64,000 nucleotides of DNA. Source: Octopus sinensis. Lineage: Eukaryota. Below, in pieces: positions 26,777-39,785 of this stretch (position 1 is the first letter of the stretch; the number at the start of each line of letters is the position of its first letter). The translations under genes were made by a program, and so were the position numbers. The stretch spans positions 117,242,001 through 117,306,000 of the forward strand of contig NC_042997.1 in NCBI RefSeq assembly GCF_006345805.1, given 5' to 3'. The notes under the pieces were generated by a model. The model did no database searches and was not told the DNA's origin. It was given only the letters and a program-made list of their open reading frames with translations.

Positions 26777-27065
26777 GGAGGTACATAGCCTAGTGGTTAG
26801 AGCAGCGGACTCGCTGCCGAGGGATCGCGGTTTCGAATCTCAGACCGGGCGATGTGTGTGTTTATGAGCGAAACACCTAAGCTCCGTGCGGCTCTGGCAG
26901 AAGATAATGGCGAACTTCTGCTGACTCTTTCGCCACAACTTTCTCTCACTCTTTCCTCCTGCATCTTGCAGCTCACCTGCGACGGACTGGCGTCCCGTCC
27001 AGGTGGGAAAGCTATACGCCAAGGAAACCGGCACTTATGAACCAGGCATAGCTCGAGAAGGAACA

Positions 27066-27070
<5 letters not shown>
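26777..27070 (+). mobile_element. SINE family C (tRNA-derived head)
   Basis: A/B boxes tagcctagtggttag..gtttcgaatctc. Sister copy at 32040-32330. Confidence 0.75.
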
Positions 27071-27096
<26 letters not shown>

Positions 27097-28251
27097 GTAG
27101 GGGAGAAAATTCCCTCCATGAATTTCGTTATATTTACTTGAGGCCAGAGAAAAAAGTATTCATTTCAAATTCAAGCAAATTCGAGGGAAGGGCTAAGTCG
27201 ACTACATCGACCTCAGTGTACAACTGGTACTTATTTTATCGACCCCAAAAGATGAAAGATAGAATCTATCTCTGCGGAATTTGAACTCAGAATGTAAAGA
27301 CGGACGAAATACCCCTGAGAATTTTTCCCGTCGTACTAACGATTCTGCCAACTCGCAAAAAGTATTGCGACCAGTCTTTATACTGTTCTTTGTCACTGAA
27401 CTTCTATATACAATCCACCATCCTCAGCCTACATTAGAGTGTATTCTTTAGCCTTTTTAAATAAGTTTTATTATTTCCACTAAACATGGTGGTTATGGAA
27501 TATGTGTAGCATGTCCCGTTTTAGGTTTAGACATTTTGTTTTCACAGTTATTCAACATGCACGGCAAAAGAATCTAATCGCTGAAACTGATATAGTTGAA
27601 TCTTATAGATGACAAACAATATTAATGTTGGAAGATAGATATATCTCAGCATGATCTATTTCTGTTGCTGTTTACCAAGGAAGAACATCACTAGTAACCT
27701 TTGATTTGCTGTTTTATTATATAATTTAGATAGAATTAGTATCTAATTCAGGATTTCTAATATAAACGGAAGGTCTCAAATTTGAAAGCTGATTGTTTAT
27801 ATCAAACCACGACAGAAGGCTTCACAAAATGCATGACATTCAGCGCATAGATGCGCATAGATGCTACCGATGACACCACAGTTATACACGACTAAAACTT
27901 GACTATATGAACAACAGATACATATACATACAACTGCTAAGCTCACAAAACTTTCCGTCCCAAAATAACCGTTTGTGAGGTTCCGATGCATCCTGGTGCA
28001 AAAACAATACAGTTAACCAAGAAAGCCATAAAATTAATTCCCTTTGCATCGTAAACAATCTATACTAATAAACCCACATAGCTCACCAAGCTAAGTAAAA
28101 TAATTTCTCTCTAGACATCACTTTTTACTCTAGACATCAAACAGAAACACTTTCACTAACTTCAAAACATCTGGGTACAACCATTTCCAACACGAGACAG
28201 AATTACAATTCTTATAATTGCCTAATATATAATCAACATCATAGATGGTGC

Positions 28252-28298
<47 letters not shown>

Positions 28299-28769
28299 AA
28301 GTAATTGTAGAAGACAGCAAACATCACTTCACATTTCAGCATAAGCAAATACAGTTCTACTTACACATACGAATACACCAACTTAGTAAAAACATAAGGT
28401 ATTGACTCATACACATCAGAAGAGCATCACACACTACATAAATAAATATCATGATAAAGAAACACCGAAATAACATTTTAAAAAGGAACTAAAAATCGAC
28501 ATCAAGCTGCAAAAATAAACAACACAAAATGAATATCAAAACACTATACGAAGTAATTAACAGAACCAAAACACTATGTAAAATGAAAGCTTTGCCATCT
28601 TTAGCAACGACCAAACTACATTAAAGCTATATATATTACGAACTTATATCTTCACCATAGTATTACAATAACATCAAACGACTTTCCCGCACATACTCCG
28701 AGAGCAAGCAGTCTTTCTAATCGAATACTTTTCCAAACTGAGCCGCAACAGAAAAGTGCAGTAACTATG

Positions 28770-29090
28770 AGCTGTGGTTTCGGATTCAGTCCCACTGCAT
28801 GATACCTTGGGCAAGTATCTTCTACTATAGCCTCGAGCCGACCAAAGCCTTGTGAGTGGATTTGGTAGACGGAAACTGAAAGAAGCCCGTCGTATGTATG
28901 TATTTATGTGTGTTTGACGCCCCACCATCGCTTGACAGTTAATGCTGGTGTGTTTACACCAAAAAGAGTCCGATACAATAAGCTCTAGGCTTACAAAGAA
29001 TAAGTCCTGGGGTCGATGTGTTCGACTAAAATGCAGTGCTGCAGCATGGCCGCAGTCAAATGACTGAAACGAAAGAATAAAAGAAAAGTA
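28770..29090 (+). mobile_element. SINE family B
   Basis: accttgggcaagt..gccttgtgagtggatttggtagacggaaactgaaagaagcccgtcg plus tail. Confidence 0.8.
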
Positions 29091-29323
29091 ACTCTAGATG
29101 ATAATGTGCTCCTGTGGGAGTGAGAAAGTGCATGGCTTTTTGAGTTTACGTATTCGAGTATATGTGTAAGGTTAGTTCCCCACTTTTCCCGATTTCAAAT
29201 TAAGAATTTTTAAATTTCTTTGAATAAAGTAACAACTTTTAGCAAATGTCCAATCGTGTACCATCTGCATTGTTCTATGGATCATTTTCTGGACTTATGA
29301 AATGTGCAACAGCAACAGCAAGT

Positions 29324-29700
29324 GGAGGCGCAATGGCCCAATGGTTAGGGCAGTGGACTTGCGGTCGGAGGATCGCGGTTTCGATTCCCAGACCGGGCTT
29401 TGTGTGTGTTTATTGAGCGAAAATACCTAAAAGCTCCACCAGGCTCCGACAGGGGGTGGTGGCGACCTCTGTTGTACTCTTTCGCTCCAACTTTCTCTTA
29501 CTCTTTCTTCTTGTTTCTTCTCCCCGACTTCTTACGCAACCGCTGAGCCTAGATGCGTATTCATCCATCCGTCGATGCTCTCGGTGTCGGGGGTTGACCT
29601 GCTTTCTCTTCTGCGGGTCTTACGAATAGCAAAGGACCACGTTTCGGACTTCTCCCATCTTGCGAGGTCTGGGACGAAGACCATTCGCTCAGCAGCAACA
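29324..29700 (+). mobile_element. SINE family C with an alternative tail
   Basis: Same head and body as 35150, different 3' half. Confidence 0.7.
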
Positions 29701-30154
29701 CTATTAGCAGCAACATTAGGCTTATTAAGTGATTACTTTTTTAAATAAGCATTTATTTGCTTATTTGTTTATTTGCGACATCAGTGCCTGAACGCCCACT
29801 GAAATTCCATATATCGCTGGCAGTTCAGATTTGGATGCATGCTGCTACCAGACAATCTGCTACTGAAGAGACGGAACATGTCGAAATCACGTGCCCTGAC
29901 AGTCTCGCTGCCAGTAGCAAACGATTCTCGACTGCCAGGAATATAAATATGTATACTTTTATGCACTACGAGAGGTTCTCACAATATAAATAATGAAGTA
30001 TTCGCCGCTCTAAGAATACATCCAAGTTGGATATTGAGATTGTCTTTTGATATTAATACTGCTTCTGTCGCTATTATTTGACATACATACATATATCTGT
30101 TTGTATGTCCAATTGTAATAAAAACAATTTTACATTAATCTGGATTCTTTTTTT

Positions 30155-30371
30155 CTTTTCTCTTTTACTTGTTTCAGTCATTTGACTGCGGCCATGCTGG
30201 AGCACCGCATTTAGTCGAGCAAATTGATCCGAGGACTTATTTTTTGGAAGCCTAGTACTTATTCTATCGGGCTCTTTTGTCGAGCGGATAAGTTACGGGG
30301 ACGTAAACACACCAGCATCGGTTGTCAAGCGATGTTGGGGGACAAACGCAAACACACAAACATATACATGT

Positions 30372-30404
<33 letters not shown>

Positions 30405-30583
30405 AATATACATATATACAACGGGCTTCTTTCAGTTTCCGTCTACCAAATCCACTCACAAGGCTTTGGTCAGCTCGAGGCTATAGTAGAAGACACTTGC
30501 CCAAGTTGCCACGCAGTGGGAATGAACCCGGAACCATGTAGTTGGTAAGCAGGCTACTTACCCCACAGCCACTCCTGCGCCTA
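30155..30583 (-). mobile_element. SINE family B, full length
   Basis: Reverse complement of 39786-40195. Confidence 0.85.
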
Positions 30584-31177
30584 TTTTCTTGTAGAGTATG
30601 ATTTTATATTTAAGCAAAATTATCATTGACAGTGCCTTCGAAGTTTCGGACAGCTAAGCAATCGTCAGACTGCTGAATATAGCTTAACTGATAAGAACTT
30701 CGAAGTCACTATCAATGATATTCTTGTTTAAGAATTATATACATATATATGTATGTCCGTGTGCATACATGCATAATGTTGGGTATGGCGATATATCAGG
30801 AATATGATGTACTTCGAGGAAGTAATTGAATACGGATAGCATACTTGTGTATTCTGAAATTAAAAGTGGTTTTGTCGCATATAATTATATTGCAGTGTTT
30901 GTTATATCGCTTGGGGACTTGCAAACATGTGTTTACTTCCTAAGTAATGAAGCAGAAACGAAAATCTTGCTAAATTTGGAGTTTTCCAGCTTTGTAGACT
31001 GTTATAATTTAATGGGGGAAATTAATTAGTGTCTCTGGTTAATGACGAAAATATCAACACTCATTCATTAATGCGTGTGGATGTATATATACATATATAT
31101 CTGTGTGCGTGTGTGTGTGTGTGTGTATATGTGTGTGTGTTTATGCGTGTTATACGTACGCAACACACATGTATATA

Positions 31178-31408
31178 TTTTTCTCTACTACCCACAAGGG
31201 GCTAAACACAGAGGGGATAAACAAGGACAGACAAACGGATTAAGTCGATTACATCGACCCCAGTGCGTAACTGGTACTTATTTAATCGACCCCGAAACGA
31301 TGAAAGTCAAAGTCGACCTCGGCGGAATTTGAACTCAGAGCGTGACGGCAGACGAAATACGGCTACGCATTTCGCCCGGCGTGCTAATGTTTCTGCCAGT
31401 TCGCCGCC
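31178..31408 (-). mobile_element. SINE family A
   Basis: Full-length, with TSD caacacacatgtatata. Confidence 0.85.
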
Positions 31409-32586
31409 AACACACATGTATATATGCATGCATACATACATAAATGTGTGGATACATACATACATAATGCCATCCAGAAAAATGAGTGTCAACTCAAGGA
31501 ATACAAGCATCAACTCAAGGAATACTGGTGGAACATTCCCATCAAAACATGTGTCAAGTGTAATCATAACAGGCTAGATATTGTTCTTTAAAACAGGCAA
31601 GAAAATGTATGTACTAGCATAGAGGTCACCTTTCCTGTTAATATGACCAATTAAAGAGAAAGAGGAATAACTATGGACCACTGCTTCGAAACCTCCAGCT
31701 TCTATATCAGCATCACAAATTTACATTTATATCAAGGATAATTTGTGCACTTTTTTGTGAGTAAACGCCTAACTGATAGTCTGGATAAGCTTGGATTTTC
31801 TGAAAAAGAAACCAACCAGTTGACTTGCACTTTACAAATAGAATTCATAGGTGGAACAGTAAAAATATGCAAGACTTTTCTCTAGGCTAAAATGTGACAT
31901 TGTTTTCGTTATCGCCATTCCAGCGATAGAGCTTTTTTTCATCTTTGTTAGAAACCAGCTCCTTTCTTAGAGGAATACTTAGAAACAGAAGAGAACATGC
32001 TTACACAGCCGTTTATGCATCATACGTAATGTAACTGCAGAGGCACATGGTCAAGCAGTTAGAGCAGCGGACTCGTGGTTGAGGGATCACGGGTTCGAAT
32101 CTCAGAGCGGGCAATGTGTGTGTTTATGAACGAAACACCTAAGCTCCACGCAGCTCCGGCAGAAGGCAATGGCGAACCTATGCTGACTTTTCGCCACTAC
32201 TTTCTCTCACTCTTTTCCCGTGCATCTAGCAGCTCACCTGCGACGGACCGGCGTTCCGTCCAAGCGGGGAACCTATATGCCAATGAAACCTGGAAACCGC
32301 CCCTTATGAGCCAGGCATGGCTCGCGATGTACTCATAACTATTATTAGAGACTTATAACTAACAATAGAGACTCAGCAGGGACTCATTTTTCGCCTTCTA
32401 AAAAAGTACAGAACGCTACAGCTTCATACGAATAATGGAAAATATTCATACAAATATAACTAAATTAACTTAATGATACAACGTTGGCCATAGAGACTCA
32501 ATAATTATAAATTCCCTCTCTATCTCTCTTACTCACACACACACACTCAGACACAGACGCGCGCGCACAGATGCACACACACACAC

Positions 32587-32621
<35 letters not shown>

Positions 32622-32752
32622 TCATACATGACGGGTTTCCTCAGTTTTTACTCTCTATTTTCACTTAAGATGCTAATATCAGACACTTGCCCAAGTTACC
32701 AGCAATAAGTGAAGCGAACATCTTATCCACACAGTCTTCCTTGCGCCAACAA

Positions 32753-32799
<47 letters not shown>

Positions 32800-34654
32800 T
32801 ATAGAAAGTTTTGTGGAAGTATTTACATCTATATTACCGCGTAAAAGGTATATAACTGAACAACAAACAATTTTGATGCGTTAGCATATTACTCAGGTTA
32901 AGTTACAGCCAGCCAGCTTCAGTTGTTAATGATTTCTCTTGGTACTATGCCATGAGTTTAAGTTGTATTCATTACATAAAAAATACAACACTAAATAATA
33001 AGCACCATTCAATACAAAGATCTATTGATTAGTTGTTGCTTGCAACGAGGACATCTGTAAATGGCGAGTATTCTGTAAGCTCCTACATTTAATCCTGCAA
33101 TTAACAGGCATAATATTTCGTAAGAAAGAATGAAATCAGACCCGGCGTACCACCGTCATAACCACTTGATCGCTAGATGTGTGGCCTCTTAACTGACAAA
33201 ATTAGTAGGTTAATTTTCCGAAAATCACATTTGCATCTTAAACATGAAGAACGAATGTAATCTAAGACATTTTTCTTGGAAACAAGATAGAATGTCATGG
33301 CCTAAAAGTGTATGATCAGATATTCGTTCAATCAGGGCTGACATGGAGTCAGATACACCAAAAGACAAATTAAACAGCAATTTGTGCCAATAGTAGAAAA
33401 CCTGACTTGTTGCTTTTGTAGCAGCTACTTAAAAGCTTGGGCTCGTGCCTTGTAAGTATTAATCATATAGAGAGTTTCATTAAATCATTGAAATCCATAT
33501 CAAACCAAAAGAATTCGTAATGTAAAATTCTGTTATCAGTCAGAAATTTTAACTAGTTATAAGAGAGAAGTGGTTCAAAGGAACCAGACTGAATAGTAAA
33601 GCTATTTTTTTAATTGGTCAATTTGGAACTGACACTTTAGTGATTGTGTCAAAATTTGAGCCGAATGCGGAGTCAAATTTAGAGAATCTTTATCAGACCG
33701 AGTTTTACTTGTCAAGAATTGGTAAGTTAGTGTACATTCAATAAATATTTATTTTACTTGACAAGTTAGACAGATATCCAGTATTGAATGATTAATTTAA
33801 TCATTTAAACTAAAGAAACGATTTCTTTTCGTTACCCCAATGTCTTACAAAATAATATAATCCGAGAAAGATTCGTAAACAAAACTCAATCTGTTCTTTT
33901 TAATAATAAATCGAATTATCTCTACAGGCACTGCTTTTAATTAAAGAGCATAGTATGGAGAAGAAAATAAAATTGATGTTTTCCTAGCCTTTTCACCAGC
34001 TAATCGATTTTTTTTTATCATTTTCTGTTTTACGTGTGCAAATTGAGTTCACTCGTATTTTTTACTATCCGCTCTTTGTGCTGCACTGCATTATAAGAAT
34101 GGAGATTTTTCGTGCTTTCTACGACGTTCATTCTCTCCATTCACAATAAACTGAAAAAGCTAAGAACAACTTACAAAGAATTTAATAAGATTTTAAGGTA
34201 TATATAAAGCTTTATATATATATATGATAAGTTAATATTTTATCATTTTGCTTTCTTGTATAATTAAGTTATAATAGAAAATAATATTTCAATACATTTT
34301 GTTTAGTTTTATTATTTCTTCATTTCTTGTCTTAGTTTTAATACTTTGCAGATGGTGTGAGTTAACTAATTTCCCGAAGTATTAGCCGTTGTAGTAATGG
34401 TAAATGATACGGAGAGAATACATAGGCCGTCTATACGTTGTTTCACAATAAACCGATATACGCCTCTGTGTATAGTTTAATGTGTGATATATGGCAGGAA
34501 CTCCGATGTGGGTTACATTTGTGCTGGTATTTTCCTTTCTTGAAGTAAAGTCAAGGGCAAACACACACATATATATATATATGAGTTCAGAATTCAAGTG
34601 AATGAGGTACCTAAATAATAAAGCACCAAGCTCGGGTCAAAGAAATAGCAATCG

Positions 34655-35037
34655 TGTACCAAACAAACTTAGAGAAACATACAAACTAGGTACAGATGGA
34701 TTAATATTCCAGTTGCATATACGATCACAAGAAACGCACACTGCCCCTCTTGTGCAGCGCATTCCATTCCATACACTGTATGCATACGTACACTGTATGA
34801 ATTCTTCCCGTTGTTTAATTGATATTACCTATTAAGGTTTTTTTACTATTATTCACCTTACTCGGAACGTACGTTTAGCGTGGATCTGGAGTACAATAGG
34901 GGCAGTGTGCGTTTCTAAGTACAGCATTGAGACGCGTGGTATATTCAGTCAGGCGCTTGTGATCGTATATGCAACTGGAATATTAATCTGTCTGTACTTC
35001 GGTTAGTACGTATGCTTCTCTAATTTTGTTTGGTACA
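34655..35037. repeat. Inverted repeat, ~90-bp arms, with a ~38-bp insertion in the right arm
   Basis: attaatattccagttgcatatacgatcacaag and gaaacgcacactgcccct are both mirrored. Confidence 0.8.
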
Positions 35038-35149
35038 CACCGCCATATGTGCACTTATACTAAGATGGTTTTACACTGTTACAACTTGACCAACACCAGA
35101 GAAATGAAAGAAGAACCGTATGGCTTTTTTCGTCTATTTATAGTAATGT

Positions 35150-35532
35150 GGGGGCAAAATGGCCCAGTGGTTAGGGCAGCGGACTCGGGGTCGTAGGATC
35201 ACGGTTTCGATTCCCAGACTGGGCGTTAAGAGAGTTTATTGAGCGAAAACACCTAAAGCTCCATCAAGCTCTGGCAGTGGGTAGTGGCGAACCCTGCTGT
35301 ACTCTTGCACAACAAATTTCTCTCATACTTTCTTCCTGTTTCTGTTGTACCTGTATTTCAAAGGTACAACAGCCTTTTCACAATCTGTGTCACGCTGAAT
35401 CTCCCTGAGAACTACATTAAGGGTCCACGTGTCTGTGGAGTGCTCGGTCACTTACACGTTAATTTCACGAGCAAGCTGTTCCGTTAATCGGGTCAGCTGG
35501 AACCCTCGTCGTCACAACCGACGGAGTGCCAC
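35150..35532 (+). mobile_element. SINE family C
   Basis: Reverse complement of 63060-63438. Tail shared with 56755-56940. Confidence 0.8.
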
Positions 35533-35721
35533 GATTTATAGAAATAAAGATAGTGAGGAAATCCAAAAAATGTTCACTGATATTTTATGGAGAGGAAGCT
35601 TGTTACTCCTGTTTAAGGACCACATACTTGAAGTAATGTCATAAACTAAACATAAACTTATTGCTTAAATGTTTTTACTGCATACATTGAAGTGTCAAAC
35701 TCCGTATGTATTATTCTAAGT

Positions 35722-36295
35722 CAGGGTTTCTCAAACTTTTTGGGCCACCGCACCCTCATACCCACATAATACCTTCAGCGCCCCACCCCTATTTATATGT
35801 ATAAATAAAAATTTATATTTTACTAATTTATATATAGTATGAATAATTTGATATTTAACATTATATAATTTGTAGGGTGGCGAGCTGACAGAAACGTTAG
35901 CACGCCGGGCGAAATGCTCAGTGGTATTTCGTCTGCCGTTACATTCTGAGTTCAAATTCCGCCAAGATCGACAGTGCCTTTCATCTTTTCGGGGTCGATT
36001 AAATAAGTACCAGTTACGCATTGGGGTCGATATAATCGACTTAATCCGTCTGTCTGTCCTTGTTTGTCCCCTCTATGCTTAGCCCACTGTGGGCAAAACA
36101 GGAATAAATATTATATAATTTGTATACAATACTATAATATTATAAATTCAAAAGCGTCCCCCAATCCACTGCCTTTCTCCTAATGCCTCCTTTTTCTCTA
36201 CCACCTCCTTAGACGCCAGCACCCACCTGGATCCTCTCAACGCCCACCGGGGGCAGGCGCCCACCGGGGACAGGCGCCCACTTTGAGAATCTATG
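35722..36295. mobile_element. hAT-type MITE with a nested SINE
   Basis: TIRs CAGGGTTTCTCAAA / TTTGAGAATCTATG. Perfect 8-bp TSD TTCTAAGT at 35714-35721 and 36296-36303. Confidence 0.8.
35875..36109 (+). mobile_element. SINE family A nested in the hAT MITE
   Basis: 15-bp TSD attatataatttgta at 35860-35874 and 36110-36124. Confidence 0.85.
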
Positions 36296-36720
36296 TTCTA
36301 AGTGCTTAGAAAAGCTATGTTGCAGGTGAAATTAATAAAATGTTGCATGAAATATACAGACACTAATCACATGCCAAGTTAACGATATGGTTGTCAACAC
36401 ATCGTAACCCGCTGTTAAAGTTAAATAACTAGTTCTATCTTTCGAGCACTAATTTCTTCTACGTACAAACATAACTAAAGAAAGGAAGCTACCAGGGAAT
36501 ATTTTGTAAACTGCTGATGCCAGTTTAATAAAATTTCAGCAATTGTTTTTTTTATTTTATTTATTTATCTTGTAACGAAACTTTTGACTCCTCTCAGGGT
36601 GAAAAAAGAAACAATAACGTTTCCCAAACTTGTTATAAATATGGAAGAAGTTAGTAACAAAATTGTATCGAATATGGAAGGTGTTATTCATATCTAGTCT
36701 TTTAATTTAAACAAATATTA

Positions 36721-36762
<42 letters not shown>

Positions 36763-37353
36763 GAGAAGCTTTGCATTCGTCGACAAGAAATATGTAGTCA
36801 ATTTCGTCTGTTTGCTGAAGCTTATATACAGCGAGGTGAAGAGGAATCTTATTTGAAGGAACCGACTACTCATACGATATATATACACACAATTATAAAT
36901 AAGGGCAAAAGAAAACAAAACTCTATGCCAATATGGTGATTAACGATTTAAAGCCTATTTCTCAGCATATTGGCATAGAATTTTTTTTCTTTTGCTCTTT
37001 CTTATAAATTGTTTATAATTTTCACCTTTAAAGATATGCCCACTTGATGAAATTTTTGAAAAAAATTTATCCTATATTAGAAATATATATAAACAAAGGC
37101 TGTGTAAATTTTTGAATATTTATTTATAAATGTTCTAAAATCCACACAGCCTTGCTTTTTTTTTTATCTCATTACGAAAAAATATTTTTTTATATACACA
37201 CGCTGATATATGACCTACGTTTGACCCCTTATTCGCATTATCACCGAACCTGGAACTTAACTATGGTCTACCCATAGCACTTACTCAGCATTACCTGACA
37301 CCTTTGGGTTTCACTGACACCATTATGTCTCATAACCTGTATATGTATGAATG

Positions 37354-37437
<84 letters not shown>

Positions 37438-37446
37438 TGCATTAAT

Positions 37447-37655
37447 TATTTCTTTATTACCCACAAGGATCTAAACACAGAGGGGATAAACAAGGACAGA
37501 TATCGACCCCAGTGCGTAACTGGTACTTAATTTATCGACTTCGAAAGGATAAAAGGCAAAGTCGATTTCGGCAGAATTTGAACTCATAACGTAACGGCAG
37601 ACGAAATACGGCTACGCATTTCGCCCAGCGTGCTAACGTTTCTGCCAGCTCGCCA
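37447..37655 (-). mobile_element. SINE family A
   Basis: Homologous to the other copies, with a small internal deletion. Further copies at 27185-27356 (-) and 41907-42112 (+). Confidence 0.8.
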
Positions 37656-37914
37656 ATGTTTGTTTTATGTTCAGTTATAATAAAAACCATTGATGATGGC
37701 TTAACTGGCCGAAACTTCCAAATCACCAAAATGGAGACGAGTTGATAAATGTTCAGAGATCCTTCTTTTATATGAAGTCATTGGCAGCCCCTTGTTAACC
37801 CAGAAATAAAGTATATTTATCCACCAATGCCATGTTTAGCACTCATTCTCACTCTTTGATATTAGCATATATACATATGCTCTATACTATCAGCATGCAA
37901 AACTAAATGCAATA

Positions 37915-38748
37915 CCCAATGAATACACTGGACCCGGAGGAATAGTAATCCCAGAGGCACAATCAGTGCGTGACCTAGGTATTTACATGAGTGATGACGC
38001 GACCTTTCGTGTACATGTTGCTAAATTGGCAATGAAATGTAGACGACTGGCCGGATGGATCCTCAGAACCTTTAGAACAAGAGAACAAGAAACCATGATG
38101 GTCCTCTGGAGGACACTTGTCCTAAGCCACTTTGACTACTGCTCTCAGTTATGTTCACCATCCAGTGTCAAGTTGATCACAGAGCTCGAGGCGATCCAAC
38201 GTAGCTACACGAAGAAGATAGCCTCTATGCAGAATGTAAGCTACTGGGAAAGACTCAAGAGATTAAAACTATATTCCCTGGAGCGTAGGCGGGAAAGATA
38301 TTTTCATAATATACATCTGGAAGATCCTGGAGGGACGTGTCCTGAACTTTGGCATCGAGAGTTACGCAAATGCCAGAACTGGGCGCCACTGCGTGGTGCC
38401 TAGGACTCCAAACTTACCATCAAGATGTAGGACAAGATTCTGTGATAGCCTGGGCTTCCGAGGCCCACAGCTCTTCAATATCCTCCCGAAGAACCTGAGA
38501 GACCTGCATGTGGTAGATGCAGATGTCTTTAAAATGAAGCTGGATCTCTTCCTGTCAGGTGTCCCAGATGAACCAACTTCACGGCAGGAGGGGCAGATGA
38601 GGGCAGCTGCATCGAACTCTATCATGCACCAAATGGCAGTTGCTAGAAAGCTTTCGTGAAGTGAAACCAGGTAGCAACACCAAATGGCGGTGCCCCAGCA
38701 TGGCCACAGCTCATAAGCTGAAACTAGAATCAATCAATCAATCAATCA
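37915..38748 (+). mobile_element. 3' fragment of a CR1/L2-group LINE with an (AATC)n tail
   Basis: VRDLGIYMS..ILRTF..DYCSQ..LEAIQR..SYWERLKRLKLYSLERRRER, then a frameshift, then GPQLFNILP..FKMKLD. Confidence 0.85.
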
Positions 38749-38774
38749 TATGTGTGTGTGTGAGAGAGAGAGGG

Positions 38775-38810
<36 letters not shown>

Positions 38811-39517
38811 GATAGATAGATATGTTTGTATGAAACTTAAACAGACATTACGATTATCTTTCTCTCTCTCTCAGACGAAGTAAGTCTCAAAATGTGTTAT
38901 TCCTTTTCTCCGCTACAATAAACAAAATTATCGAAAGCAACGAAAGAAGATACAAAAGACAAAGTATATCGAAAGAGATTTGAAAATATATTTACAACAA
39001 TATCTAAAAATAGTTCATGTGACTGTCATTGTTAGTAAAATTTAGCTGAAAAAAAAAACAACTCTTGTAAGTCACACGTCAGAGCGACTTAGAACCATAA
39101 TAATCCTTTGAAATCTGGTAGTGACCTGGAAGCTGTGACACAAAAAGCTAAAGAAGTGAAGAGACGATATTTCATATACATCCATACATACAAACACACA
39201 CACTCACTCACTCACAAACATACATACATACATATTCATACATGCATCAGTATATGTGTCTATATGTGTGTGAGCATGAATTCCTGTTTTAGTTTTCTCC
39301 ACGAAAGAATTAGACTTTGTATACAATTTTCATCGTTTTAAAGTAAAGTTAAATAGACAGTCCAACAAAACCAGTGTCACGTGTTTCATTTCATTATTGT
39401 ATATTTGATATTTTGAGTGTATTCAGTAATGCGGTTGCTGATAATGTATTGTCTTACCTTGATCTATTCACATGCTAAAATGTATTCTTCAACATTTTCA
39501 TTCTTCTTGTTTTGCAG

Positions 39518-39676
39518 TTAACTGAACTGGAGGAAGAATTCATTTACGCTGCAGAATTCGGAGACATTCCTACGGTGCAAAGAATCCTTCAGGATAATAC
39601 AAACTTTAATATCGACTATAATGACATTCTGGGTCGCACACCGCTTCGTCTGGCAGTCGGCAATGAGCATCTGGAG
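39518..39676 (+). CDS. Coding exon of a TRPC-family cation channel, N-terminal ankyrin repeats (LTELEEEFIYAAEFGDIPTVQRILQDNTNFNIDYNDILGRTPLRLAVGNEHLE)
   Basis: Acceptor ttcttcttgttttgcag, 159 nt (53 codons), donor GAG|GTAACG. The peptide matches the TRPC N-terminal pattern EEEF..AAE.G.IP.V...D.LG...L.LAV.NEHLE (cf. TRPC3/6/7). Confidence 0.9.
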
Positions 39677-39785
39677 GTAACGTTCAATTTATACGTTTAT
39701 TCTACTATTCAATGTTTAAAGAAGCAAACTTAGAATGGATAAACCATACATGTGGTTAGGTAATTGGGATATATATATATATATA

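Noticed and set aside
27790-28660. Possible very old PLE/LINE remnant (LDIT-like segment, A/C-rich)
   Set aside because: Too degenerate to support by eye.
29324-29400. tRNA genes at the SINE heads
   Set aside because: A/B boxes are present, but there is no complete cloverleaf and they run into SINE bodies.
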